DNA of 61,224 nucleotides from an uncultured Erysipelotrichaceae bacterium (GCA_902767245.1 CACXGO010000037.1:1-61224); one strand, 5' to 3'. Shown: positions 8,912-19,409, counted from the first letter of the stretch. Program-made: numbers and translations. Notes: generated by a model from the sequence alone, not told the origin.

Positions 8912-9796
8912 ATGACATTAGTTATAATGGCAGCAGGAATGGGCAGTAGATTTGGGGGGTTAAAGCAAATAGAACCAGTTGGACCACATGGTGAAATAAT
9001 TATTGATTATTCAATCTATGATGCTTTAATTGCTGGATTTACAAAAGTTGTTTTTATAATCAAAGAAGAAAATTATGAAGTTTTTAAAGAAATTATAGGT
9101 GATCGTATTTCAAAAAAAGTTCAAGTTGAATATGTTTTTCAAAAAAATGACAATATTTATAAATTAACAGGTGTAAAAATTGAACGTATTAAGCCATTTG
9201 GAACAGCACATGCTATTTTGTGTGCTAAAGATAAAGTGCATGAAAATTTTGCAATTATAAATGCTGACGATTTTTATGGACGTGATGCATTTATTAAAAT
9301 TGCTGATTTCTTAAAAAATACAAATTCGAATTATGGTTTAGTTGGATACCATATATGTAATACGATTACCGCAGCAGGAGCAGTAAAAAGAGGAGTATGC
9401 AAAGCAGAAAACGGGAAGATTACATCTTTAATTGAAAGTAGTGTAGATATAGTTGATGGTAAGTATATTGCTTCACCATTATCAGGGGCCTCACCATTTG
9501 AAATTAGTGCAGATCAATTAGTTTCGATGAACATGATAGGATTTACACCCAAAATTTTTGATTATTTAGAAAAAAGATTAAAAACATTTGTAGTAGAAAA
9601 AAAAGACGAACTTGATAAATGCGAGTATTTAATCCCAGAAGTTATTTGTAATCAAATTAATGATGGTGAAGTTCAAGTGGATCTTTTAGATACAAATTCA
9701 GTTTGGTATGGTATTACTTATAAAGAGGATAAAGAGCTTGTTGTAAGTGCATTAAAAAAGATGACAGACGAAGGAATATATCCTGATAAAATGTAA
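8912..9796 (+). CDS. Sugar-phosphate nucleotidyltransferase family protein
   Basis: MTLVIMAAGMGSRFGGLKQ is an N-terminal GxGxRF pyrophosphorylase signature. ATG 8912 has GAGGTG 6 nt upstream and is preferred to the track GTG 8903. Confidence 0.7.
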   Translation: MTLVIMAAGMGSRFGGLKQIEPVGPHGEIIIDYSIYDALIAGFTKVVFIIKEENYEVFKEIIGDRISKKVQVEYVFQKNDNIYKLTGVKIERIKPFGTAHAILCAKDKVHENFAIINADDFYGRDAFIKIADFLKNTNSNYGLVGYHICNTITAAGAVKRGVCKAENGKITSLIESSVDIVDGKYIASPLSGASPFEISADQLVSMNMIGFTPKIFDYLEKRLKTFVVEKKDELDKCEYLIPEVICNQINDGEVQVDLLDTNSVWYGITYKEDKELVVSALKKMTDEGIYPDKM

Positions 9797-9828
9797 AAAG
9801 AAGAAAATTAATTTTTCTTCTTTTTTTC
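9797..9828. terminator. Bidirectional terminator
   Basis: AAGAAGAAAA (9798-9807) / TTTTCTTCTT (9813-9822). Confidence 0.6.
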
Positions 9829-11709
9829 TTTTAAAAAATCATATTTTAAAGTTAAGTCATTTTTTTTAATTAAGAATTCAACATACTTATTTTTTTCTTG
9901 CAAAGCTTCTTTAGTTATTTTGCAATTATTTGCTATAGACCCATTGTCAATATAGCAATTACCATCATACCAAGAATAATCATTAAAGAAAACAATGCCA
10001 TCATATTTTCCATCTAAAGCATCAGTACCAATATAATAATTTTTAGTATACTTAATATCAAGCAAATTCAAGATGGTTGGCAGAATGTTAAGCTGCGATG
10101 TAACATCAGTTACATTTACACGTTTAAGATTCTTTTTATAAATTAAAAACGGAGTTTTATTGATTAAGTTATTATTAGTTTCTTTATAATTATCCAAAAT
10201 TTCTTTATCATTAATGGTGTATAAATAATGATCTGTAAAAATAACAAGAATAGTATTTTCATCTAAATTGTTGTCTTGTAAAGCTTGTAAAAGAAGTCCA
10301 ATCATATAATCAGTTTCTTTAGCTTGTCTTTTTATACAATCTTCTTCAGAATATAGTGAAAGGCTTTCTTTATTAATTAATCCTTCATCTAAATCTTTAT
10401 TTAAAAGTTGTTTACAAACACCACTTTTATAACTGAATGGCATATGATTAGAATAAGTTATTAAATAGTTAGCAAATTTACCTTCTTGATTAAACATTAA
10501 ATCATAAAATGTTTCATTTAAAATTAGTTCACGATCCAATTGATATTTGTCTGTTAAATATAATTCATTATCTTTTAAACCATAGTAATTATCATATCCC
10601 CAATTTTCATAATTAATGCCACGAGAATAGTATTCTCGTGAGTTCATATGAAAAGCATTAACTTTATAATTTTGATTTTTTAGAAGGTTAGCTAATGAAT
10701 ATTTGAATTCGTTACGGTTAAATGTATAAGCATTACGATTTATTGTTATAGGAGTCATAAAACCAGTATTAACAACAAATTCTGAATTAAAAGTAGAACC
10801 TCCACCATTATAAAAAGAAAAGTGATTTGTAAAGTTGATTGCATTATCTTGTAAACTATAAAGATTCGGCATTACTTCTTCCGTAAGAAGCCAAGAGTCA
10901 ATACCTTCTAATTGAACAAAAATAACATTATTATCCTTAAATAAACCAGTATAAGCATTGTTTGAACCAGCTTCTAAATTTGCATAAGTTTCGTTTAAAA
11001 ATTCAAGTTCCAAATCATCATCTGCTTCATTAGATTTGATAAAATTCATGTAGAAATTTCTCACTGAATACTCATATAAACCAGTTAAAGTAAAACTTTT
11101 ATTACTATCATTAAATCTTAAATAAACATTTTTGGCGTTCTGCCATGTGTTCCATGTTAAATTTTTGTTAGATGGACCATAAAGAATTGGCAAACATGCA
11201 TGAATTATTATGAAATAAAATATAACGATTCCTACCTTGCGAATATCACTTTTTCCATTTTTAGGGAATACTTTATATGCTTTATAAACCAAAAATATAA
11301 AAACAGCTATGGCAACAAAAATGATAATCTTAGTATTTAAGATTGTTTGCCAAAAATAAACCTTTCCTTCATTAGCAAAACTTAAAAGTGAAAAATCAAA
11401 AAAATTATTAGTAGTAGAATAATAGATCCCATTTGTAATAAATAAGACAAATGAAATTATTAGTGAAATATTATAAATAAATAAGCCGACTTTTCTATTT
11501 ACATTTAGGCATAAACTAATTATTAAGAAAAGCCAAACAGTGGTAAATAAAACAGGCATTAAAAAAAATAAAGGAAAATAAAATATTTCACTACCAATTA
11601 TTTGAAGAGTAAAATCTAAACAAAAAAAAGGTAAAATAAGATATATTACATTCTGATATTTTTTACAAAAATCTTTGATTGTTTTTAAAAAGCCTTTTTT
11701 ATTCTTCAT
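9808..11709 (-). CDS. LTA synthase / sulfatase-family membrane protein (LtaS-like phosphoglycerol transferase)
   Basis: About 5 N-terminal TM helices followed by a sulfatase-type extracellular domain (VIFVQLEGIDSW, GGSTFNSEF, SNHMPF, FTDHY). Confidence 0.75.
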   Translation of the reverse strand: MKNKKGFLKTIKDFCKKYQNVIYLILPFFCLDFTLQIIGSEIFYFPLFFLMPVLFTTVWLFLIISLCLNVNRKVGLFIYNISLIISFVLFITNGIYYSTTNNFFDFSLLSFANEGKVYFWQTILNTKIIIFVAIAVFIFLVYKAYKVFPKNGKSDIRKVGIVIFYFIIIHACLPILYGPSNKNLTWNTWQNAKNVYLRFNDSNKSFTLTGLYEYSVRNFYMNFIKSNEADDDLELEFLNETYANLEAGSNNAYTGLFKDNNVIFVQLEGIDSWLLTEEVMPNLYSLQDNAINFTNHFSFYNGGGSTFNSEFVVNTGFMTPITINRNAYTFNRNEFKYSLANLLKNQNYKVNAFHMNSREYYSRGINYENWGYDNYYGLKDNELYLTDKYQLDRELILNETFYDLMFNQEGKFANYLITYSNHMPFSYKSGVCKQLLNKDLDEGLINKESLSLYSEEDCIKRQAKETDYMIGLLLQALQDNNLDENTILVIFTDHYLYTINDKEILDNYKETNNNLINKTPFLIYKKNLKRVNVTDVTSQLNILPTILNLLDIKYTKNYYIGTDALDGKYDGIVFFNDYSWYDGNCYIDNGSIANNCKITKEALQEKNKYVEFLIKKNDLTLKYDFLKEKKKKN

Positions 11710-11842
11710 CTAATTCACCACAAACATTATATCATAATATCAATTTTTTTAAAATGTAAAACACTTTACATGATAAAATTGTAAATATAATTATTTGTTT
11801 TTTTTTAAAATTTTGTTATAATTAAGAGTAGGAGGGTTCGAT

Positions 11843-14035
11843 ATGGCAAAGAAAAAGAAAAGAAAAATTGAAAAAGTTGAACCTAAAAAAGGCTATACTA
11901 TTGAACTTTTAGGGGTCTTAATAGTATTCGCAGTGGTTATTGGTATTTGGAAAAAAGGAACTGTAGGAGAAATTATATATAAATTTGGTAGTTATTTAGC
12001 AGGATCATGGGCTGTGATTCTTTTGATTTTAATTTCTTTTATTGGACTTTATATGATTATTCATAGAAATAAACCAGAATTACTTGGAACGCGTATATTT
12101 GGTTTATATTTAGCTTTATTTGGTATTCTTATGTTTGCACATTCTAATTATGTTTCATTATCGACAACAATGGGCGATACAATTAAACTTACAATAGACG
12201 AGTTTGTTTCAACAATTGATGGTGTGAATGCCGCAACTGGAGGAGGCGTTATTGGTGCATTCTTGGCAAGTATTTTTGTTAGTTTGGTAGCTAAAGAAGG
12301 AACATATGTAATAGCAGCATTATTTATTGTTTATGGCTTTATAAAAGTAACAGGACATTCTATTATTGATGTTTTCAGAGTTTTAATTGCTCGCATTAAG
12401 AAAATGAAGAAAGGTGCAAAGGAAAAAGATCAAGCAGAAATTGAAGCGGCAGATGAGGAATATGAAAATGATAACAAGATTGTTGTTTCTTCTGTAGATG
12501 AAATAATAAATAATACTAAAGATATAAAACCTTCAAAACATGAAGAAGATTTATCAGATGTAGAAATAGTTGGAGCGGGATATACATATCCACCAATTAG
12601 TTTACTTAAAAAGCCACAAAATAAAAATAATCATGAAAATCAGGCTCAGGTAAAAGAAAATGTAGTTATTTTAGAACAAGTCTTTTCAGATTTTGGAGTT
12701 GAAGGCAAGGTTGTAGCTGTTAATATTGGTCCAGCTGTAACCCAATATGAATTAGAGATTAAAGCTGGAACAAAAGTTAGCAAAATCCTTTCTTTAAACC
12801 GTGAAATTGCTTTAGCTTTAGGTGCACGTGATGTTCGTATTCAAGCACCAATTCCAGGAAAAAGAACAGTTGGAGTTGAACTTCCAAATAAAAAAGTCTC
12901 AACTGTAACAGTTCGTGAGATTTTAGAATCTGTTCCAAAAGGTAAGGAAGATAGTAAACTATTGGCAGTTTTAGGCCGTGACATAATGGGGACACCAATT
13001 TATTTTGAAATTAATAAAACTCCACATTTACTTGTTGCTGGTACTACAGGCTCTGGTAAATCAATATGCATTAACAGTATTATTATTTCGCTTATGATGC
13101 GTACAAAACCAGATGAAGTTAAACTAGTTTTAGTAGATCCTAAAAAAGTAGAATTAAATGTTTATAATGGAGCTCCACATTTACTATGTCCAGTTGTTAC
13201 TGAGCCAAGAAAAGCAAGTATAGCACTTAAAAAGATAGTAGCCGAAATGGAACGAAGATATGAAATATTCAGTGAAAATCATGTTAAAAATATTGCTGGT
13301 TATAACATGATGGTTGAAAAGAAAAATGAAGTTTTACTTGACGAACAAAAGATGAAAAAAATGCCTTATATTGTAATTATTATAGATGAGCTTGCAGATT
13401 TAATGCTTGTTGCAGCCAAAGAAGTAGAAGATTCAATTACAAGAATTACTCAGTTGGCTCGTGCTGCTGGAATCCACTTAATTGTTGCAACTCAACGTCC
13501 AAGTACAGATGTTATTACAGGATTAATTAAGGCTAATATTCCATCAAGAATTTCATTTGCAGTATCAAATAGTATTGATTCGAGAACTGTTTTAGATATG
13601 GTTGGAGCCGAGAAATTATTAGGTAGAGGAGATATGTTATTCTTACCAATGGGTGAAAATACACCACTTCGAATTCAAGGAACATATATTTCTGAAGATG
13701 AAATTAACAGTGTTGTAAATTATACTATTTCTCAACAGAAAGCTCATTATGACAACACAATTACAATGTCTGAAGAAGAGGAGCATGCAACTTCAACAGT
13801 TGGTAATAGAGATGCAACAGAAGAACCTCTTTATAACGAGATAGTTGAATTTGTTGTAACTCAAGGTAAAGCAAGTGCATCACTTTTGCAAAGAAAATTT
13901 AGACTTGGTTATAATCGTGCTGCAAGAGCAATTGATTTGCTTGAAGAAAGAGGTATTGTCGGACCACAAAACGGTTCAAAACCACGAGAAGTTTTAGTTA
14001 AATTAGAAAACAAAAATAATTCTGAAGAAGAATAA
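11843..14035 (+). CDS. ftsK: DNA translocase FtsK/SpoIIIE
   Basis: N-terminal TM segments, HLLVAGTTGSGKS Walker A, IIIDELADLM Walker B, ATQRPS, and a C-terminal gamma winged-helix (LYNEIVEFV...ASASLLQRKFRLGYNRAARAIDLLEERGIV). Confidence 0.95.
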   Translation: MAKKKKRKIEKVEPKKGYTIELLGVLIVFAVVIGIWKKGTVGEIIYKFGSYLAGSWAVILLILISFIGLYMIIHRNKPELLGTRIFGLYLALFGILMFAHSNYVSLSTTMGDTIKLTIDEFVSTIDGVNAATGGGVIGAFLASIFVSLVAKEGTYVIAALFIVYGFIKVTGHSIIDVFRVLIARIKKMKKGAKEKDQAEIEAADEEYENDNKIVVSSVDEIINNTKDIKPSKHEEDLSDVEIVGAGYTYPPISLLKKPQNKNNHENQAQVKENVVILEQVFSDFGVEGKVVAVNIGPAVTQYELEIKAGTKVSKILSLNREIALALGARDVRIQAPIPGKRTVGVELPNKKVSTVTVREILESVPKGKEDSKLLAVLGRDIMGTPIYFEINKTPHLLVAGTTGSGKSICINSIIISLMMRTKPDEVKLVLVDPKKVELNVYNGAPHLLCPVVTEPRKASIALKKIVAEMERRYEIFSENHVKNIAGYNMMVEKKNEVLLDEQKMKKMPYIVIIIDELADLMLVAAKEVEDSITRITQLARAAGIHLIVATQRPSTDVITGLIKANIPSRISFAVSNSIDSRTVLDMVGAEKLLGRGDMLFLPMGENTPLRIQGTYISEDEINSVVNYTISQQKAHYDNTITMSEEEEHATSTVGNRDATEEPLYNEIVEFVVTQGKASASLLQRKFRLGYNRAARAIDLLEERGIVGPQNGSKPREVLVKLENKNNSEEE

Positions 14036-14064
14036 AAAAATAACATCATTTTGATGTTATTTTT
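14036..14064. terminator. Bidirectional terminator ftsK / yigZ
   Basis: ATAACATC (14040-14047) / GATGTTAT (14053-14060), with A-run and T-run flanks. Confidence 0.65.
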
Positions 14065-14636
14065 ATTTCTTTTAAATTTTTTACTTCAATATTATATTTG
14101 TTAAACAAACTATTTAATTTAACAAAGTCCTTTTTGTTTGCACATAAATGGTAATTAATTAGATTATCATAATATTTGTTTTCAACATATGTTTTTAATT
14201 CTTTTTCTAAAAAATCTTTTAGCTCATAATCAAATGAAATATCAAAAACATATCCATCAATATATTCATAAATATTTAAATGTTCCAGATTTTCAGTAAC
14301 TGATTTTGTATAAGCTCTAACTAAACCTCCAGCTCCAAGTTTAATTCCTCCAAAATATCTAACAGTTATAGTCAAAATATGATTTAAATTTTTATTTTCT
14401 AAAACATTTAAAAGAGGAATTCCTGCTGTTCCACTAGGTTCTTTATCATCACTAAAGCGTTTAGTGCTGTCAAAGATAAAAGCATAACAAAAATGGGTTG
14501 CATCTTTATGCATTTCTTTCACTTCTGTCAAAAATTTTTCAACATCTTCTTTTTTCTCTAAAACGAAAAGATAGTTAATGAACCTTGATTTATTAATAAT
14601 TATTTCATTTTTACCATTTTTTTCAATCATCAACAT
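14046..14636 (-). CDS. yigZ: YigZ / IMPACT family protein
   Basis: NKSRFI..., ATHFCYAF, DDKEPSGTAGIPLL, VRYFGGIKLGAGGLVRAY. Confidence 0.85.
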   Translation of the reverse strand: MLMIEKNGKNEIIINKSRFINYLFVLEKKEDVEKFLTEVKEMHKDATHFCYAFIFDSTKRFSDDKEPSGTAGIPLLNVLENKNLNHILTITVRYFGGIKLGAGGLVRAYTKSVTENLEHLNIYEYIDGYVFDISFDYELKDFLEKELKTYVENKYYDNLINYHLCANKKDFVKLNSLFNKYNIEVKNLKEIKITSK

Positions 14637-14720
14637 AAATAATCACAATTAAATTATATCATTAATCGCTTGTTAATTAAACTTAAAAATGATATAATTA
14701 TATCGAAAGTTGGTGAACTT

Positions 14721-14960
14721 ATGGATGAAACAAAAATATATAAAAAAGAAGAATTAGATAACCAAATAGTTGAAAAAACTATATTAGATGTTGTTGATGC
14801 ACTCAAAGCGCGTGGTTACGACCCAATAGATCAAATAGTTGGTTACTTAATAAGTGGAGATCCAGGTTATATATCTAGCTATAAAGATGCTAGAAAAAAA
14901 ATTACTTCTATAGAAAGGACTAAAATTTTAGAAATTTTAGTAAAAAAATATATAGATTAA
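14721..14960 (+). CDS. ireB: IreB family regulatory phosphoprotein (UPF0297, YrzL-like)
   Basis: ILDVVDALKARGYDPIDQIVGYLISGDPGYISSYKDARKKI. ATG 14721 (GGTGA upstream) gives a family-typical 79-aa protein. Confidence 0.85.
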   Translation: MDETKIYKKEELDNQIVEKTILDVVDALKARGYDPIDQIVGYLISGDPGYISSYKDARKKITSIERTKILEILVKKYID

Positions 14961-15385
14961 TGCGTTACTTAGGATTAGATTTAGGTACTAAAACTTTAGG
15001 TGTTTCAATAAGTGATAAAACTGGATTAATTGCAAGCGCTTATGAAACAATACGATTTAATGAAAATGATTATGAAAGTGCTTTACCAAGATTAAAAGAG
15101 ATTGTTGAAACTGAAAAAGTTGAAAAAATTGTTTTAGGATTACCTAAACATATGAACAATGATTTTGGTGAAAAAGCTGTAATTGCAACTGAGTTTGGTA
15201 AGAAGTTACAAGATTATTTAAATCTTGAAGTAATTATGCAAGATGAACGAAGAACAACAATTGAAGCAACTAATTATATGTTAGAAGCTAATGTTTCTAG
15301 AAAAAAACGAAAAGAAAAAATTGATAGTTTGGCTGCAAATATTATATTGCAAACATATTTAGATAGAAAGAAGAATGAGAAATGA
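14960..15385 (+). CDS. ruvX: Holliday junction resolvase-like RNase RuvX (YqgF/YrrK)
   Basis: MRYLGLDLGTKTLGVSISD..., IVLGLPKHMNN, DERRTT. Confidence 0.9.
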   Translation: MRYLGLDLGTKTLGVSISDKTGLIASAYETIRFNENDYESALPRLKEIVETEKVEKIVLGLPKHMNNDFGEKAVIATEFGKKLQDYLNLEVIMQDERRTTIEATNYMLEANVSRKKRKEKIDSLAANIILQTYLDRKKNEK

Positions 15386-15669
15386 ATGAAAGAATGACTT
15401 TTAAAGCAATAAATGAGAAAGGTGTAGAGGTAAATTACGAAGTACTTTTTACTTTCGAGTCTGATGAAACCAAAAAGAAATATATTGTTTACACAGATGA
15501 TACAACAGATGATAGTGGAAATGTTAAGGTTTATGCCTCTACTTATGTTGAAAACGGGGACAAATATAATTTAAGTCCAATTGAGACAGAGAAGGAATGG
15601 AAGGTAATTGAGACCATTTTGAATGAATTACAAGCAAATTTAAAACCGAAAAATGGAACAGAAGAATAA
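15382..15669 (+). CDS. DUF1292 family protein (YrzB-like)
   Basis: Small acidic protein in the conserved position between ruvX and mltG; YEVLFTFESDETKKKYIVYTDD pattern; ATGA overlap with ruvX. Confidence 0.75.
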   Translation: MNERMTFKAINEKGVEVNYEVLFTFESDETKKKYIVYTDDTTDDSGNVKVYASTYVENGDKYNLSPIETEKEWKVIETILNELQANLKPKNGTEE

Positions 15670-15671
15670 TT

Positions 15672-16727
15672 ATGAGAAAACTAATATTATGTCTACTTAT
15701 AATTGCTTTAATTATGGCTAATTTATGGGTAATATATATGAACCAATTAAAAGCAGTTGGAACAAGTAAAGAAGAAATTGAGTTTGTTGTTGAGCAAAGT
15801 GAAACATATATCTCAATTGCTTCAAAATTAAAAGAAAAAAATTTAATAAGATCAGAACTTGCTTACAAGATTTATTTAAAATTGCATCCTTTAAAAAATT
15901 TAGAAGCTGGCAAATATTATTTAAAAGATACTATGTCAGTTGAAGAGTTAGTTAATGTTCTTGGCACAAAAAGTAATTTTAATGGCAAAATTTCAAAAAT
16001 GACTTTTAAGGAAGGAAAAAATGTACGAGCTTTAGTAGCTCTAATTGTAGAAAATACAAATAATACTGAAGAAGACATTTATAACCTTTTAAAAGATGGT
16101 GAATATTTAGATAAATTAATTGAAAAATATTGGTTCTTAACAGAAGATATTAAAAATCCAGATCTTTATTACTCTTTAGAAGGATATTTATTCCCAGATA
16201 CATATGAAGTTTTAGAAAACGATTCTGTTGAAACAATTATTAATAAGATGCTTGATAATATGGAAGTAAAATTAAGACCATATCAGGAAAAAATTGAATC
16301 CTCAAGCTATTCTATTCATAAATTAATAACTCTTGCATCAATTGTTGAACTTGAGGGCGCTAGTAGTAAAGATAGAGCAGCAGTAGCTGGAGTATTTTAT
16401 AACCGCTTGAAAAGCAATTGGTTTTTAGGTAGTGATGTTACGACATATTATGCAGAAAAAAAGGATGATTGGTCTGGTCTAACTTTAGCAGAGCTTAATG
16501 CTTGTAATAAGTATAATACAAGAGGAACTTGCTTTACTGGGTTACCAGTAGGACCTATTTGTAATCCTGGACTTGATTCAATTATAGCTACCATAGAACC
16601 GGAAGAACATAATAGTTACTATTTTGTTGCTGACTGTAATGGTAAAACATATTTAAGTAAAGATTCTGGTAGTCATGATAAGACAATTAAAGAATTAAAA
16701 GCTTCCAATTTATGGTGTGAAAATTGA
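15672..16727 (+). CDS. mltG: Endolytic murein transglycosylase MltG (YceG/YrrL)
   Basis: N-terminal TM helix, LEGYLFPDTY, ASIVELE, VFYNRL, YNTRGTCFTGLPVGPICNPG. Confidence 0.9.
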   Translation: MRKLILCLLIIALIMANLWVIYMNQLKAVGTSKEEIEFVVEQSETYISIASKLKEKNLIRSELAYKIYLKLHPLKNLEAGKYYLKDTMSVEELVNVLGTKSNFNGKISKMTFKEGKNVRALVALIVENTNNTEEDIYNLLKDGEYLDKLIEKYWFLTEDIKNPDLYYSLEGYLFPDTYEVLENDSVETIINKMLDNMEVKLRPYQEKIESSSYSIHKLITLASIVELEGASSKDRAAVAGVFYNRLKSNWFLGSDVTTYYAEKKDDWSGLTLAELNACNKYNTRGTCFTGLPVGPICNPGLDSIIATIEPEEHNSYYFVADCNGKTYLSKDSGSHDKTIKELKASNLWCEN

Positions 16728-17293
16728 TAGAGGAAATCGAAAAATATGCTAAATTAAATAATATTCCAATAATGTTGCCAGATGGAATATTATTTTTAAC
16801 TAATTACATAAAAAAAAATAATATTAAAAATATTTTAGAAATTGGTTCAGCAATAGGGTATTCAGCAATTAAAATGGCTTTAATAAATCAAAGTATTCAT
16901 ATAACTACTATTGAAAGAGACCAAGAAAGGTATGAAGAGGCTTTAAAAAATATAAAAAAATTTAATTTAGAAAATCAAATTAAAATCATTTTTGATGATG
17001 CATTTAATGTAAATTTAACTGATAAATTTGATTTAGTTTTCATAGATGCTGCCAAAAGTCAGTCAATCAAATTTTTTGAAAAATTTAAAATCAATTTAAA
17101 TGAAAACGGCACTATTATAACTGATAATATTAATTTTCATGGTTTGACTAAAGAAAAAAACATAAAAAATAGAAATACTCGTCAATTAGTTAGAAAGATA
17201 AATGAATATGTTGATTTTTTGAAAAACAATCAAGAATTTGTAACTTATTTTGTTGAAGACGGAGATGGAATTTCAATAAGCAAAAGATCATAA
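16724..17293 (+). CDS. trmR: Class I SAM-dependent O-methyltransferase, YrrM/TrmR-like (tRNA mo5U34)
   Basis: ILEIGSAIGYSAI (SAM motif I), FIDAAK, plus conserved position before the two U32 genes. Confidence 0.75.
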   Translation: MIEEIEKYAKLNNIPIMLPDGILFLTNYIKKNNIKNILEIGSAIGYSAIKMALINQSIHITTIERDQERYEEALKNIKKFNLENQIKIIFDDAFNVNLTDKFDLVFIDAAKSQSIKFFEKFKINLNENGTIITDNINFHGLTKEKNIKNRNTRQLVRKINEYVDFLKNNQEFVTYFVEDGDGISISKRS

Positions 17294-17308
17294 AATATGG
17301 TCTTTTTT
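17284..17308 (+). terminator. Hairpin/T-run, possible partial terminator after trmR
   Basis: AAGATCAT (17284-17291) / ATGGTCTT (17297-17304) with one G-U pair, then TTTTTT. Confidence 0.45.
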
Positions 17309-17364
17309 AATTGATAAATAATAATTAATGTTGTATAATTACTATTGAATTTCGGAGGTATTAT

Positions 17365-18198
17365 ATGAAAAAACTTATAATTCCAAATGGTTTTGATGAA
17401 ATAGAACAATTAAAAAACTATTATGATGGTATCATTGTTGGCGTTAAGGATTTAAGCATTAATGTAAATCTTTATTTAACAGTTGATGAAATAAATAGTA
17501 TAAATTTAGATAAAGAAGTTTTTGTTGCAATAAATAAAAATCTGCATAATTCTGACTTAAGGAAACTAGAAGAAACAATGAAATCTTTAAAGAATATAAA
17601 AGGTGTTTTTTATTATGATGCAGCTGTAGTCTATTTATATGAAAAATTGAAACCTTCATATGATTTGGTATGGTCGCAAGAACACATGACAAATTCATCA
17701 GTAACATGCAATTATTGGAATACAAAAAATGTTAATTATGCTTATTTATCTGGTGATATTACTTTAGAAGAGATTTTAAATATTAAACAGAAAACAAAAA
17801 TGAAATTAATTGTGCCAATTTTTGGCTATCTTCCAATGTTTGTATCTAAAAGACATCTAATTAAAAATTATTTAGATTGTTTTAATATTAAAGATGATTC
17901 TAAAATTTATTATTTAGAAAAGGATGAAAAAAAATATCCAACTTTAGATAATGAACTTACGAGTGTTTATTCAGCTAATATTCTTGCTAGTATTTGTGCA
18001 TATCAAGAATTAGAAAAAAATGAAATTGACTATGTTACATTTAATGCATTTAATATTGAAACATCTAAATTTGAAGAAGTATTAAAAATATTTTCAAATA
18101 AAAGTAATCAAAAACTAGAAGATTTGTTTTTAAACATAGATACAGGTTTTTTATATAAAGAAACTTACTATAAAGTAAAAGGTGATAAAAATGAATAA
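17365..18198 (+). CDS. yrrN: Peptidase U32 family protein, YrrN-like (tRNA ho5U synthesis partner)
   Basis: Position and size match B. subtilis yrrN. Weak U32-like sequence without the Cys-rich catalytic region. GGAGG RBS. Confidence 0.65.
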   Translation: MKKLIIPNGFDEIEQLKNYYDGIIVGVKDLSINVNLYLTVDEINSINLDKEVFVAINKNLHNSDLRKLEETMKSLKNIKGVFYYDAAVVYLYEKLKPSYDLVWSQEHMTNSSVTCNYWNTKNVNYAYLSGDITLEEILNIKQKTKMKLIVPIFGYLPMFVSKRHLIKNYLDCFNIKDDSKIYYLEKDEKKYPTLDNELTSVYSANILASICAYQELEKNEIDYVTFNAFNIETSKFEEVLKIFSNKSNQKLEDLFLNIDTGFLYKETYYKVKGDKNE

Positions 18199-19384
18199 AC
18201 CAGAATTACTTGCTCCAGCCGGAGATTTAGAAAGATTAAAATGGGCCATTGATTATGGCGCTGATGCTGTTTATTTTGGAGGACCAGTCTTTGGACTTCG
18301 TGCTAATGCTATTAATTTTACTTTTGATGACATAGCTGAAGCAGTCAGATATGCTCATGAAAGAAATCGTAAAGTGTATGTTACTGTCAATATTGTTTTG
18401 CATGATAAAGAAGCTTTAGAATTAGAAAAGTATTTAAAAAAGCTTGAGAGTTTAAAAATTGATGCAATTATAGTAAGCGATCCAGCAATTATAAAACTTG
18501 CTCATGAAAAAACATCTTTAGAGATTCATCTTTCAACGCAGCAATCAACTTTAAATAAATATGCTGTAGAATATTTTAAAAATGAAGGTGTTTCTAGGAT
18601 TGTATTAGGTCGTGAAACTACAAAGGAAGAAATAGAAGAAATCATTAATTCCACTAGCATAGAAATTGAATGCTTTATTCATGGTGCTATGTGTGCCGGT
18701 TATAGTGGCAGGTGTGTGCTTTCAAATTTTTTAACTAAAAGAGATGCTAACCGTGGCGGATGTAGTCAAATATGTCGTTGGGATTTTAAACTTTTAGATG
18801 AAAACTTAAGTGAATTAAAAGGCAAAAGTAATTTTTCTTTTTGCACAAAAGATCTTTCATTAATTGAAAAAATACCCGAAATGATTGATATGGGAATAAA
18901 ATCATTTAAAATTGAAGGCAGAATGCGTTCAATATATTATATTGCAACAGTTGTTAGTATTTATAGAAAAGTTATTGATGAATATTGTAATAATAAAGAA
19001 AAATATGCATATAATGAAACATATAAGAAAATTCTTGATAATTGTGCAAATAGAGATTCTATAGTTCAATTTTTTGATGGAAATAGTGATTACCATTGTC
19101 AGTATTATAATAATGCCATTAGTGCTTCAAATCAGGATTTTTTAGGAGTGGTTTTAGACTATAAAGATGGATATGCCATAATTGAAGAAAGAAATCATTT
19201 TGAACCTAATACAAATGTTGAAATATTTGGACCTAAAACAGAGACTTTTTCTTTTAAAATAAAGGAAATCACTGATTTAGAAGGCAATATTAAAGATGCG
19301 GCCAGACATGCTGAAGAAGTTGTAAAAATAAAGGTTCCACAAGAAGTTTGTAGAAATGATATTATGCGCTTAAAAAGAGTTTGA
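18191..19384 (+). CDS. yrrO: Peptidase U32 family protein, YrrO-like (prephenate-dependent tRNA ho5U34 hydroxylase type)
   Basis: KPELLAPAGD, AVYFGG, STQ, HGAMCAGYSGRCVLSN, GGCSQICRW, KIEGRMRS are U32 signatures. ATG 18191 with GGTGA upstream. Confidence 0.85.
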   Translation: MNKPELLAPAGDLERLKWAIDYGADAVYFGGPVFGLRANAINFTFDDIAEAVRYAHERNRKVYVTVNIVLHDKEALELEKYLKKLESLKIDAIIVSDPAIIKLAHEKTSLEIHLSTQQSTLNKYAVEYFKNEGVSRIVLGRETTKEEIEEIINSTSIEIECFIHGAMCAGYSGRCVLSNFLTKRDANRGGCSQICRWDFKLLDENLSELKGKSNFSFCTKDLSLIEKIPEMIDMGIKSFKIEGRMRSIYYIATVVSIYRKVIDEYCNNKEKYAYNETYKKILDNCANRDSIVQFFDGNSDYHCQYYNNAISASNQDFLGVVLDYKDGYAIIEERNHFEPNTNVEIFGPKTETFSFKIKEITDLEGNIKDAARHAEEVVKIKVPQEVCRNDIMRLKRV

Positions 19385-19409
19385 CAATTAAAAAAAAATA
19401 TGCTAATAT
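19381..19409 (+). promoter_or_regulatory. Sigma-A promoter for greA (extended -10)
   Basis: TTGACA (19381-19386, containing the yrrO stop TGA), 17-nt spacer ending TGC, TAATAT (19404-19409). Confidence 0.6.
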
